Origin: the human T2T-CHM13v2.0 reference genome, Homo sapiens
Length of the DNA stretch: 64,000 nt
Direction: 5' to 3' (one strand)
Assembly: GCF_009914755.1 (NCBI RefSeq)
Contig: NC_060947.1
A model generated the notes under the pieces. That model was not told where the DNA came from and did not search any database. It saw nothing but the letters and a program-made list of their open reading frames with translations. Position numbers and translations under genes: made by a program. Positions 12,200-26,180 of this stretch are shown piece after piece. Positions within the stretch are counted from its first letter, which is position 1. Each line of letters begins with the position of its first letter.

Positions 12200-12900
12200 T
12201 TATATATGTACATACAGACATATATAAAACCCTACATGCACTTTATGCATACAAACATACAGATATGTGCACACACACAGACATACTACAGATCCACACA
12301 GACACACCAAGCATGCAAAATTCATATAAGCATGCAAATATACAGTTCAACACCTAAAACCACATACACACACAGGTATATAGAGGTACCCCTGAACTGA
12401 AGTCACAAATGCACAGACATGCACTCACACAGGCATACATAGAAATCCACAAACATAAATGCATGCAAGAATTTAGGCAAATATACAGACAAGTACATAG
12501 AGATACAGTGATATATACAGACAGCCTCATATGGAGAGATATGCAGAGGCAGAGAATGTGCTTACACACTTAATAGCACACTAACATCCACATGTGTGCT
12601 CATCACATGTGTATGCTCATGGACACATACACACCAATGCACATACACATAGCTACACATGTATAATCATAGAATGTTCACATAAGTACACATATACCCA
12701 AACACCTAGACACACATACCACACTTATAGCCACACATCACAGAAATAGAAAATGCACACGCACACAGATTAAGGTACCAAAAGATTTGTGGCCAATCAT
12801 AGACATATTTGACCACAGATATGCATGCAGACATGTTCATGCACACATCTGAGAGCACACACATACATGTACTCACAGGCACACAGAGGCCATGATAGCA
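12200..12900. repeat. Degenerate (CA/TA)-rich low-complexity tract
   Basis: About 700 bp of decayed ACAC/ATAC repeats. Confidence 0.8.
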
Positions 12901-12919
12901 CCACAGCACTTGAGAATGC

Positions 12920-13608
12920 TTTTTTTTAAAATATATATATTTTTTATTATACTTTAAGTTCTACGGTACATGTGCACAACGTGCAGGTTTGTTACATATG
13001 TATACATGTGCCATGTTGGTGTGCTGCACCCATTAACTCGTCATTTACATTAGGTATATCTCCTAATGCTATCCCTCCCCCCTCTCCCCACCCCACAACA
13101 GGCCCCGGTGTGTGATGTTCCCCTTCCTGTGTCCAAGTGTTCTCATTGTTCAAGTCCCACCTATGAGTGAGAACATGCAGTGTTTGGTTTTTTTGTCCTT
13201 GCGATAGTTTGCTGAGAATGATGGTTTCCAGCTTCATCCATGCCCCTACAAAGGACAAGAACTCATCATTTTTTATGGCTGCATAGTATTCTATGGTGTA
13301 TATGTGCCACAGTTTCTTAATCCAGTCTATCATTGTTGGACATTTGGGTTGGTTCCAAGTCTTTGCTATAGTGAATAGTGCCGCAATAAACATACGTGTG
13401 CATGTGTCTTTATAGCAGCATGATTTATAATCCTTTGGGTATATATATATACCCAGTAATGGGATGGCTGGGTCAAATGGTATTTCTAGTTATAGATTCC
13501 TGAGGAATCGCCACACTGTCTTCCACAATGGTTGAACTAGTTTACAGTCCCACCAACAGTGTAAAAGCATTCCTATTTCTCCACATCCTCTCCAGCACCT
13601 GTTGTTTC
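12920..13608 (-). mobile_element. Young L1PA (about PA3-PA4) 3' end, 5'-truncated
   Basis: Near-consensus 3'UTR; ORF 12992..13393 starts with the ORF2 C-terminus MFIAALFTIAKTWNQPKCPTMIDWIKK. Confidence 0.92.
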
Positions 13609-13844
13609 TTTTGTTATATTTTGAAATTATTTTAGATTTAGATTTGCGTTCTGCTTATGTTTACCAGGCTGATGGGATGGGGGCTTTTCCAGTGCATAGC
13701 AGCCACTGGGCTCCTGCCTCAATGGGGGCTGGGGGCAACTGGGGCTGCAATGAGAGCAGACTGCTGAGCCTCTTGAAATCCAGGAGGAAATGGGAATGAA
13801 GGAGTAGTTTTGGCTCAGAAGCATGGCCTTTAAGTGCTTGTAGT

Positions 13845-14110
13845 AGCATAGCTTAGTGGCTCTCAGTGCAGATTTGGGAGTCCATTAGAACCTAGTTCAA
13901 ATCCCACCTCTCTCACTTATTGGCTGTGTTATCTTGGAAAAATTATTTCATCTCTCTGAATCCCAGTTTTCTCATTTGGAAAAAAGATGATAGTAATAGC
14001 AACTGCCTTAGAATTATTGTGAGTATTAATTGAGTGAATACTCATAAAACACTTAGAACAGCATGTGACATATGGTAAGCTCTTAGTGTTAGCTATTGCT
14101 GTTGTTGGTG
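13845..14110 (+). mobile_element. MIR, near full length
   Basis: agttcaaatcccacctctctcacttattggctgtgttatcttgg...acttagaacagc. Confidence 0.85.
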
Positions 14111-14549
14111 TTTGAATTAACTCCCTTATCAGCCAGCTGAGAGTCCTGAATTCCTACCATTAACTCTGTTACTTATGGCCTTGTCTTCAGAGATCCCAGG
14201 AGCAGAAAGCAGAGGCCTGAGGGAACGGGCCATAGAACAGATGAACTTTGGACTTAAAGGGCTGGGAGAAGGGATGAAGACAGGGCTCAGAAAACTTGGA
14301 ATGAAGGGGACTTTCTGGGAAGGCAGGCCTATGAGATGCATCAGCTGGAAGTCTTAGATTACAGGGAGCCTAAGACAGAGCTGGTTTTTCAAAGCCTTCT
14401 TCCAAAGGCCTGCTTGTAGGATCCCAGTGGAGTCTGTTCCTGGGACTGCCATAGGAGGTGGACACTAAAGGGACAGCTGTCATTCTCTTACTCATTGTCC
14501 CAGGGATGTGGAGGATTAGAATATAGGCACCTTCCAAGGCCCTCTACCT

Positions 14550-14982
14550 ATTTTTTAAAAATTGAAAAAATTGAAGAGAAGCATATGTCATGAGCATACG
14601 ATTCGAAGCATTTCCACAAATTGATACATCTGGGTAACTAGCATTCAGATCAAAAAATTTTAGATGACTGGCATCCTGAAAATCTCCCATTTGTTCCCTT
14701 CCAGTGGCTGTACACCAAAGTTAATCACCAGCCTGGTTTCCAACAGCATAGATTTGGTTTCTCCATGTTTGTAAATGAAATCATACAGCTTGTCCTCTTT
14801 TGCGTCTGGCTTCTTTTACTGAAAGGTATGTCCATGAGCTTCCCTCATTGATGCATGTATCAGTAGCTTATTCTTTTTTGTTGCTGTATAGTATTCTAAT
14901 ATGTAAATCTATTACACTTTATCTGTTTGAGTATATGTCAGTTTGGGGTATTGGAAATATATACTCTATACATTCTAGTACA
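14550..14982 (-). mobile_element. L1ME-type 3'UTR fragment
   Basis: tccaacagcatagatttggttt...aatcatacagc...cgtctggcttctttta. Confidence 0.65.
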
Positions 14983-14983
14983 T

Positions 14984-15706
14984 TGCCATGATCTGAATGT
15001 TTGTATCCCCTCAAAAGTCATATGTTGAAGGGTTACTAGAGGCTGGAAAGAATAGGAGGAAGAGGGGGTAAGGGAGAGATCTGTTAAAGGACACAAAATT
15101 ACAGCTAGATAAGAAGAACAAACTCTAGAGTTTTATAGCACTGTAGGATAACTATAGTTAACAATAATATGTATTTTCAAATAGCTAAAAGAGAGGATAT
15201 TGAATGTCCCAACACAAAGAAATGATAAATGTTTGAGATCATGGATATGCTAATTCCCCTGATCTGATCACTATACACTGTATGTACCGAAACATCACTA
15301 TGTACCTCATAAAAATATGTACAATTATGTGTAAGTTAAAAATAGAAAGTAAAGTCTATATTACCTCAAAAAAAAAAAAAAAGCTATATTGTGAAACCTA
15401 ATCCCGAGTGTGATGGCATTAGGAAGTGGGGCCATTGGAAGATGATTAAGTCATGAATAGGACTCTCGTGAATGAGATTACTGTCCTTATAAAAGGCCAG
15501 AGGAAGCCGCCTTGCTCCTTCCACCAATGTGAGGATACAGCTAGAAGGTGCTATCCCAGAAATTGGTCTCTCAGCAGATACCACACCTGTTGGTGCCTTG
15601 ATCTTACAACTCTCCAGCCTCCAGAATTGTGAAAAATAACTTGCTGTTGTTTATAAGCTACATGGTTTATAGTATTTTGTTATAGCAGCCCAAACAGACT
15701 AAGACA
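14984..15706 (+). mobile_element. MLT1A-like LTR interrupted by L1MA
   Basis: tgccatgatctgaatgtttgtatcccc ... gcagcccaaacagactaagaca; near-TSD tacat/tgcat. Confidence 0.85.
15030..15382 (+). mobile_element. L1MA (about MA4-5) 3'UTR with poly-A
   Basis: ggttactagaggctgg...caaaattacagctagata...gatggatatgctaatt-like; A15 tail. Confidence 0.85.
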
Positions 15707-16729
15707 TGCATCTTTTGGTGAACACATGCACATACCTTAGTTTTAATTCATACATTTTCATAGCCTTGTAAGAGGGCCACCCTCAATTGGATCTACCCTT
15801 GTCCAGAAGCCAGGTGATTGAAATTTATCAGAGGTTATTGCATAGCACAACTCCAGGGGTCACCATTGCCATGTGTTGTACATGGCTGGCACCCCTGGGC
15901 CACAATGCAGAGGGTCTGGTGCACTCTGGAGTTGTGCAATGGGCAGTTCTCCACCATTCTGCTTCTCAACCACTCTCAGGGGCTGGGAGATGGTTTATTA
16001 CACTGAACTCTGAAAAACCTTTCCTCAAAATCTCTTTTCCTTGAGTCTTTTTTGCCTTTGAGTCATAGGCACAGAATCACAAGAGCCATGGGTCACTCTG
16101 AACGGTGCCAATAACCCATCAGCTAGTTCTATGGCAATGAAAAAAGGAAACCAAAGTTACACCAGGTATTTGATCTTAGAAAAACTGAATCACTCCAAAT
16201 CACAGAGCCTTTTTTTAAAAAACAAAAACAAAAACAAAAAAAACACTTTAAGGGGTTAGACATCAGGTAGACACTGCAGTAGTCTCTCTCACCTACTTTG
16301 GCAAGTTAACAAAGGAGAAACTAGGACAAGTTTGGGTTTTGAAAAGGAAGTTTTTGTTTAAACACAAGGCCCCAGCTTCTGTCTCTGCCTCAAGCTTCAG
16401 GATGGGTATGTGTAATGCGGCTGGGGAGCCTTTTCTCTGGAAGCAAATTGATCTGCTTTCAGTCTCCGCTCAGCCAGTTCTGAGCTAGGCAAATGGCATA
16501 AGTTCTTTAGGTTTCAGTTTTCTCCTCTGAAAAAATCTTGCTACATCATGGGTAGGAAGCATGGGAACAAGAAGAAGACATATAACCATGGTGGACTGAG
16601 CAGCCTGCCCTACCTAGGCAAAAAGTGGGTGGCAGGCCCAGAGGTGGAGAATGGTTGCATTGGCTGGCCCCAGGCCTGGCCAACCCAGCCCAGTGCCCAG
16701 CAGGTGGGCAGAGGAGGGAGACCATGAAC

Positions 16730-17041
<312 letters not shown>

Positions 17042-17332
17042 TAACTTTCTGAATGGAAAAATACTGTTTGGGCAATTTAGTGTTTTGTGGAGTTTGCAAC
17101 TGGACAGAGCACAGGGGCATGAATCCTTGATCAGGGTTACAAAGAAGCTTCTCTTGAGGGCCCTGTGAGGGCTCTGGAATTGAACAGACCTTAGTTCATT
17201 CTTGACTTCAGGCTTTGCCTTTCACCTGTAAAGTGTGTGACAGTTTACACTCTGAGTCTTAGTTTTCTTATCTGGAATCTAAAGAATAATTCTGGTCTTA
17301 CAGGGTTGCTATGAAGATTACATGAGACCATA

Positions 17333-17452
17333 TGTGATGATTAGGTATCGATTTAACTGAGATATGCCTAGATGGCTGGTGAAATATTGTTTCTGGGTGT
17401 GTGTCTCTGAGGGTGTTTCCAGAGGAGACTGACATGTGAGTCAGTGGACTGG
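17333..17452 (+). mobile_element. MLT2 (ERVL) LTR 5' fragment
   Basis: tgtgatg...gggtgtgtgtctctgagggtgtttccagaggagactgacatgtgagtcagtggactggga. Confidence 0.8.
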
Positions 17453-19198
17453 GACATGTGCCATGGTGGTTTGCTGCACGTATCAACCTGCCATCTAGGT
17501 TTTAAGCCCCGCATACATTAGGTATTTGTCCTAATGCTCTCCCTCCCCTTTCCCCCCACCCTCCGACAGGCCTCAATGTGTGATGTCCCCCTCCCTGTGT
17601 CCATGTGTTCAACTCCCACTTATGAGTGAGAACATGTGGTGTTTGGTTCTCTGTTCCTATGTTAGTTTGCTGAGAATGATGGCTTCCAGCTTCATCCATG
17701 TCCCTGCACAGGACATGAACTCATTCTTTTTTATGGTTGCATAGTATTCCATGGTATATATGTGCCAGATTTTCTTTATCCAGTCTATCATTGATGGGCA
17801 TTTGTGTTGGTTCCAAGTCTTTGCTATTGTAAATAGTGCTGCAATAAACATACGTTTGCATGTGTCTTTATAGTAGGACTATTTATAATTTTTTGGGTAT
17901 ATACCCAGTAATGGGATTGCTGGGTCAAATGGTATTTCTGGTTCTAGATCCTTGAGAAATTGCCACACTGTCTTCCACAATGGTTGAACTAATTTACACT
18001 TTCACCAACAGTGTAAAAGCATTCCTATTTCTCCACATCCTCTCCGGCATCTGTTGTTTCCATACTTTTTAATGACCGCCATTTTAACTCGTGTGAGGTG
18101 ATATCTCATTGTGGTTTTGATTTGCATTTCTCTAATGACCAGTGATGATGAGCTTTTTTTCATATGTTTATTGGCCACATAAATGTCTTCTTTTGAGAAG
18201 TGTCGGTTCATATCTTTTGCCCACTTTTTGATGTTTTTTTTTTTTTTTCTTGTAAATTTGTTTAAGTTCCTTGTAGACTCTGGATATTAGACCTTTGTCC
18301 GATGGGTAGATTGCCAAAATTTTCTCCCATTCTGTAGGTTGCCTGTTCACTCTGATGATAGTTTCTTTTGTTGTGCAGAAGCTCTTTAGTTTGATTAGAT
18401 CCTGTGTGTCTATTTTGGCTTTTGTTGCCATTGCTTTTGGTGTTTCAGTCATGAAGTCTTTGCCCATGCCTATGTCCTAAATGGTATTGCCTAGCATTTC
18501 TTCTGCGGTTTTTATGGTTTGGGGTTTTACATTTAAGGCTTTAATCCATCTTGAGTTAATTTTTGTATAAGGTGTAAGGAAAGGGTGCAGTTTCTGTTTT
18601 TGCATATGGCTAGCCAGTTTTCCCAGCACCATTTACTAAATAGGGAATCCTTTCTCCATTGCTCGTTTTTGTCAGGTTTGTCGAAGATCAGATGGTTGTA
18701 GATGTGTGGTGTTATGTGTGAGTTCTCTGTTCTGTTCCATTGGTCTATATATCTGTGTGGTACCAGTACTGTGCTGTTTTGGTTACTGTAGCCTTGTAGT
18801 ATAGTTGAAGTCAGGTAGCGTGATGCCTCCAGTGTTGTTCTTTTTGCTTAGGATTTTCTTGGCTATACGGGTCCTTTTTTGGTTCCATATGAAATTTAAA
18901 GTAGTTTTTTCTAATTCTGCCAAGAAAGTCAATGGTAGTTTAATGGGAATAGCATTGAATCTAAAAATTACTTTGGGCAGTATGGCCATTTTCACGATAT
19001 TAATTCTTCTTATTCACGAGCATGGAATGTTTTTCCATTTGTTTGTGTCCTCTCTCATTTCCTTGAGCAGTGGTTTGTAGTTCTCCTTGAAGAGTTCCTT
19101 CACGTCCCTTATAAGTTGTATTCCTAGGTATTTTATTCTCTCTGTAGCAATTGTGAATGGGAGTTCACTTATGATTTGGCTCTCAGCTTGTCTATTGT
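17453..19198 (-). mobile_element. L1PA7/8-like 3' part (disrupted ORF2 plus 3'UTR), tail missing
   Basis: ORFs 17657-18995 translate to L1 ORF2 pieces ([19 protein letters not shown]; [18 protein letters not shown]); ggttttaagccccgcat segment. Confidence 0.92.
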
Positions 19199-19351
19199 GG
19201 AGGTATTATTTCCTCAACTATTTTTAGAGCTCTGAGTTTCTGCCTAACGTAGCCATCCTCAACCACATCAGACCCTCTGTCCCTTGGATAGAATACCTAT
19301 TTGACAATGGCCTCTTTACCCTGAAAAGAAATGCACAGTTACTATAGCCCA

Positions 19352-19525
19352 TTACTACTCAAAGTGTAATAGCATCAGGGACCAGCAGCATGTTGGCCAT
19401 CATCTGGGAGCTTGTTAGATATGCAGAATCATGGGTTCCACTCTCAGGTCTGCTAAATCAGAATTTGTGTTTCAATAAGATTCACATGTGGTCTATACAA
19501 GTAGTAAAGTTAGAGATTAATTGCT
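19352..19525. mobile_element. MER5A
   Basis: tactcaaagtg...gaccagcagcat...catcatctgggagcttgttagatatgcagaatc. Confidence 0.75.
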
Positions 19526-19992
19526 ATAACACACTTATGCCCATAATTAAACATAAAGAAACAAAATGCCCTAACTGTAATATGAAGGGGAAATAGAAGG
19601 AAAGTAATTGTAATACATTTTTCTTCATACACAATGGCTCACACTTAACTATAGTAGATGTTTGCACCTATATGTAGAATCAGTGTGAAAGTAGCAGCTC
19701 TGCATACAGGCTGATGCTACTGGGTTTGTGTCAGCAACCAAAATTTTATAAGCATTATCATAGCTGATGGTTTTCTGAAATGATGGACAACCCTAGACAG
19801 ACTAGTGAACTAAAAACAAAAGCACAGTGTGATCTTTCCTGGATATATGCACCATTTGCATTTCTGGAAAATGCAGTATCCAGTAAAACCAAAGTAAATG
19901 TAAGATGGAGCTAGGCTCAAGGTTCTGATATTTATAAAAATGATTTCTTACTACATGGAAGTTTGGTGGGACCTTCAAAAATAATGCCTGAA

Positions 19993-20364
<372 letters not shown>

Positions 20365-20429
20365 TCAACTACTAAATGCCAATAGCGACTCATTCAGTCT
20401 CTGTAATAATCAAAAGTGCTGCTCCCATC

Positions 20430-20482
20430 CACTAATACTGAACTATCGAAAAGGAAATTGAGAAAACAATCCCATTTACAAT

Positions 20483-20516
<34 letters not shown>

Positions 20517-20717
20517 GAATAAAATACTTAGGAAAAAGAGCACAGGTAAAAGACTTACACACTGAAAATTATAAAACATTGAAAATTAAAGAAGACACAG
20601 ATAAATGAAAATATATCCTGTGTTGATGGAGTGGAAGAATTAATATTGTTGAAATGTCCATATTACCCAAAGTGATCTATAGATTGACTGCAATTCCTAG
20701 CAAAATTGCAACGGCAA
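20430..20717 (+). mobile_element. L1M ORF2 fragment containing a (CA)n microsatellite
   Basis: aaaacaatcccatttacaat...aaatacttagg...gaagaattaatattgttgaaatgtccata. Confidence 0.8.
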
Positions 20718-22657
20718 TGGGGAGAAGAGGAAGATAGCTGGATAGAAGGCTCTACTAATTGTCTCCCTGACAGGAACACAACACTTAACAACTATCTACA
20801 TAAAAATCACCTTCAAAAGAACCAAAAGTCAGGTGAGCAATTATAGTACCTATTTTTAGTGTCATATTGCTGAAAGGGACATTGAAAAGGGTAAGAATGA
20901 CAGTCTTGTATTGCTGGTGCCACACTTCCCCAACCCCTCAGAAGTGGCTGTGTGGTGTGGAGACAGAATCTGTATGCTTGGAGGAGGGGAGAGCAAAGCA
21001 ATTGTCAGACTTTGCATTGAACTCAATGCCACCCTGTAACAGCAGAAAGCAAAACTGGGCTGAAACCAGTCGACTTAATACTTAGAAATAAGAGAACAGA
21101 TGAAAGATTTATACACTAAAAATTATAAAACAAAGATGAAGAGAATTACAGAAGACACAGAGCATTTAGACCAGCCCTAACCAGAGGGGAATCGTCTATT
21201 CCATCAGTTGCAACATGAGTTCTGGCAAGCCTCATCACTGTGGGCTGAAGTGTTCTGGGGCTCTAAATAAACTTGAACAAGAGTCTAGGCCACAAGGACT
21301 GCAGCTCCTAGGTGAATCCTAGTGCGGAGCTGGGCTCAGAGCAGGTGGACTTGGAGTCATGCAACTTGCTGAGACACCAGCCAGGGCAGCTAAGGGAGTG
21401 CTTAGGCAGTGCCTGCACCACCCATCCCCTAACTCCGGGCAGTGCAGCTCACGGTTCCAGAAGAGACCCCTTCCTTCCACTTGAGAAGAGAAGAACGAAG
21501 AATAAAGAGGATTTTGTCTTGCATCTTTGATATAAGCTCAGTCACAGCAGGATAGGGCATCAGTCAGAGTTGTGAGGCTCCCATTTTAGACCCTAGCTCC
21601 TAGACATTTCTAGATACACTCTGGGCCAGAAGGGAACATGCTGCCTTGAAGGGAAGGACGCAGTCTCAACAGAAACTATCACCTGCTGACTAAAGAGCCC
21701 TTGGACCCTAAAAAAACAGCAGTGATACCCAGGTAGGATGCCAGGGGCCTTGGGTGAGACTGAGGCATGCTGTCTTCAGGTGAGACCCAGAACATTCCTA
21801 ACTGTGTGGTGGCTGTGGTGAAAGAATCCTTCTGCTTGAGAAAATCAGAGTGGAAAGTAAAGGGACCTTTGACTTGTACCTTAGGTACTAGCTCAGCCAT
21901 AGTGGAGCAGAACATCAAGTGGGCTCTTGGGGCCTCCAATTCCAGGTCTTCACACTTGTGTGGCATTTCTAGAGCTGTGCTGGGTCAGAGGGGAGCCCAC
22001 TGCCCTGAAAGGGAGTCCTAGGCCTGGCAGCATTCAACACAAACTTACTGAAGGGCCCTTGGGCCTTAAGTGAACATCAGCAGTAGCCTGGCCATACTCC
22101 CCAAGGGCCTGTGGTGGTGATGGTCACGGGATGAGGCTCCTCTGCCTGTGGGAAGGGGAGGAAAGAGTGGGAAGGACTGTGTCGGTGGTTTGAGGGCCGG
22201 CTTAGTCACAGTAGACTAGAACACCAGGTAGACTTGTAAGGTTTTTGAATCCAGTCCATGGCTCCTGGATAGCATCTCTGAAACTTCCTGGGGCCTGAGG
22301 GAACTCACTACCCTGAAGTGAAGGAAAAAAAACCTGACTGGCTTTGCCACCTGCTGATTGTAGAGCCCTAGGACCTTGAGCAAATGTAGGCGGTAGCCAG
22401 ATAGTGGTTACAGCAGTTCTTGGGTGAGACTGAGTGCTGTGCTGGCTTCAGGTCTTACCCAGTGCAGTCCCACTGGTGGTGGCCACATGGGTGCTTGTAT
22501 TACCCCACCCCCAGTTCCAGTTGGTTCAGAACAGAGACACACAGAGAGAGAGAGACTCCATTTGTTTGGGAGAAAGTAAGGGAAGAGACAGGAGTCCCAG
22601 GCTGGTAATCCAGAGAATTCTTCTGGATCATATCCAAGACTACTAAAGTGGTACCCC
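20718..22657 (+). mobile_element. L1MA/L1PB-era 5'UTR without ORF1/ORF2
   Basis: aagatagctggatagaaggc start; gagcatttagaccagcccta, gcccactgccctgaaaggga, gagagagactccatttgtttggg, ggatcatatccaagac. Confidence 0.75.
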
Positions 22658-22689
22658 ATCTTATTGAAATGATCTGTTCACAGCTCTTT

Positions 22690-22812
22690 TTCCCCTACCT
22701 GACTGTGAACTCCTTGAGGGCAGGATTCTGTTTTATTCATGTTTGTATCCACAGAGCCTAACTCAGGGCTGGCTCAGAGTGAGACGTCAATAAAACTGTA
22801 TTGAACATCAGC
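22690..22812 (+). mobile_element. L2 3' end
   Basis: gactgtgaactccttgagggcagga...ttgtatccacagagcctaac...caataaa. Confidence 0.75.
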
Positions 22813-24618
22813 ATCAATCATTATCATAATCACTTTCTCTCTTTTGTGACATTCATGGCTTTTGCTGTCCAGACAGTCTCATACATTTTATTACTAAGTC
22901 GTCTTCCTTCTGGTGGTGATTGCTCTCAGATAATTTCATACATGTAACTGTGGGCTCTCCAAAATGACTAAGTTCCGTAAAAGCAGGATGTTCTTATATT
23001 TTTTCTTATTCCGTTCTGTGCTTAGACACCTAACAAGTTGTCAACAACCAGTTTGATTTTGAAATGGCACTGTGTTACTGGGATGCTACAGTTTCAATGG
23101 CATTGTATTCATAGTAATTTGCCAGAAAAATAGGAAACTGTACTTTGGTAGAAATGATCTCTTCTAGTCTAGAGAACTCTTTCTTCCACTAAGCTGGTTG
23201 CAGTGTATTTCATCATTACATATGAACATCAGCAAAACTGAACTTGCTGAATATTTGGATTATTGCCCAATGTTGATTCCATTTGGTGGACATGAACACC
23301 CTGACTATATAATAAATTATTCCAAGCAATTTTGGCGATTGATATGGCCAAAAAGATATTAGGATATTTAGTAAGCCATTGAGAGGCCAGTCCGTAGAGC
23401 TATTCAGGGATTTGAACATCTAATCAGTAAGTAGTTTTACAGATTATTGAATCAGAGTGTCAAAAGGCATTTCAAATCATTATGCATTTACAAATATTTA
23501 CAGATCTTTTAAAGATCAAGTCGGTCATTATCAGTTTCTGTGCTGCATATTGTCAGTATCCACAGTGACCCCAGAGGAGCCTGTGCTGGCAGGAGTAATG
23601 CTGTGGTATGTTCAGCTCTGCTGGATCTCCATAGAGGGGGGCTGGAATGCCTTGTGGAACAATGCCCTAGGCTCCAGAGAGCAAAGAATGAAGGGCAGCC
23701 TAGTTTGATAACCACATTAAAGCACTACCAACATCTGTTCAAGCCAAAGACAACACTATCTCCAGGAATTAACCTTCTGAACCACTGAATCATTACCCTC
23801 AGCAGAGTGAAAGTTGGACAACAACAGCCTATTTGTCAGTGGTTCCTCAGAGAGACGTGGTAAGCCGTATTTTACTGCAAACAGCGTGAGAAGGCCTGGC
23901 TCGGCTTTATACATCTTAAACACAGAATATATTTGTGTGGGAAACAAGCAGACAATGAATGTAAATAAACTTTTGATGATACCTTGCAACTTTCCGCATT
24001 GATTCCACTCCAGAACAAATGGACCACGGAGGATTGCTTCAGAGAATAGCATTTCCTAAATTTGTACCTAAATGTTTCCCTTCTATTTTAATAAAACAGT
24101 GGATACCAATAATGAGAGTACTCACAATATACAAGATGCACACTTGCACTAAATGAAAAACCCAACCATTTGTTGAAAGTGATATAATTCACTATAAATG
24201 TAATAATAACTATTTGAATGGGCTTTGTCAAGCTGCATCATATGGAGAGGGAGGCAAGGAGGATGGGAGGGGAAATATAATAAAACAAAAGTTTTAGTAT
24301 GGAAGTAAGCATAGAATGCCAGTCATCGAAACTTTAGAAGAATCTGGAATTTGGGAGTGTATTTCTTATAATGAAGACTGGCTGCAACTTCTAGTAGGAT
24401 ACATTTTAAGCCTTGCACCACACTAATTGGAAAAACCTTCTCAAGCTTTTTATTTTCTGATATATTCTTAAATGTAGCAAATTATCATTAATAGACACAC
24501 AGCTTTTATGTCAAATCTGCCTGAGAAGACTGAGACTAAACTGAGTTTGGTCCTTAGATTAGTCCCTGGAATATATGTATTTTATTTTATGACACTTATA
24601 TTGTACTTACTATGTGCT

Positions 24619-24933
24619 ATTTTATTTATACATTTATTTAGAGACAGGGTCTCTCTCTGTCACCCAGCCTGGAGCGCAGTGGCATGATCATGGCTCACTG
24701 CAGCCTTGACCTTCTACTCTCAAATGTCCTCTAGCCTCAGCCTCCTGAGTAGATGGGACTACAGGTGTGCACTAATACACACCCAACTAATTAAAATTTT
24801 TTTTCTTTTCCTTTGCAGAGAAGAGGATCTCATTATGTTGACCAGACTGTTTTTAAACTTCTGGCCTCAAGTGATCCTCCTGCCTCGACCTCCCAAAGTG
24901 CTGGGATTACAGGCGTGAACCACCACACCTGGC
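24619..24933 (-). mobile_element. AluJ
   Basis: gatcatggctcactgcagccttgacc; TSD tatgtgct at 24611-24618 and 24934-24941. Confidence 0.9.
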
Positions 24934-25877
24934 TATGTGCTGATTTAAAAGAAAACAAGTAAATACTGTGTAGTGACTGACACCTGTAATTGCTATAAAA
25001 CTATTCCCTTTTTTATGATTTAAAGTATATAGACTATCCATACATAGTCTATATAGCGTATATAAGGTATTTAGAAGTATCCATATGTGGTATGTGTGTG
25101 TGTATGTATACACATACATACATAGTATATAGAAAGTATGTAGACTTATTTTACCAAACAAAATAAGGTGGAATGGAATGTCAGTGTCATGGCTTACTCC
25201 ACTCATCTCCCTAAAAGCCATCAAGTCTGTAATATTGTGGGTGGCTTCAGGCATGGATGCCCTTGTGAGCTGACTTGCTAATGCCTATACAGTGTACCTG
25301 GATGAGTAGCATGGTATCTTTGAGTCAGTGCAAAATGCCATGACATTGTACTGGGTCTGGACAAAGCAAAGCGCCTTGGGAAATACCACCTTTCGGGTTA
25401 CCTAAGTGGTTCCCCTTTACAAGTTTAGAGGCAGAGTTCTGTTTAAGTTCTAGTCCCTCCACTCGATCTAGGTAGCAGACTGTAATGATGGAGGGAAGCT
25501 GGCACATAGCAGGGATTTATTGAATGTATTTGAGTGAATGAAATAAAACTTTGGATGCAGGACACTTTTGCCCAGCAGTTTTGCCAACATGGTCCATGAA
25601 CCCTGGTGGGGAGGGGGTTCCCCAAGATCCTTCTGGGGAGGCCATGAGGCCAAACTTTTTAAAAATAATAATGCAAGTACATTATGTGTCCCTTTCACTG
25701 TGTTGACATTTGCACTGAAGGTGCAGAAGCAATGGTGGGTAACACTGCTGGCTCATTGGCATGAATTAAGGCAGTGGCACAAAGCTGTACTAGCAGTCAT
25801 CGTATTCTTCTTCACTAAGCACTCAAAGAATTTAAAATGCCACTTTTAATTAAAAATGTTCCTGATGAAGCAGTTAA

Positions 25878-26180
<303 letters not shown>

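Noticed and set aside
17657-18995. ORFs with L1 ORF2 similarity
   Set aside because: Frameshifted fragments of a truncated L1PA, not a gene or an active element.
25026-25055. Perfect 12-bp hairpin tatatagactat/atagtctatata
   Set aside because: Embedded in TA-rich low-complexity DNA, where such hairpins are expected.
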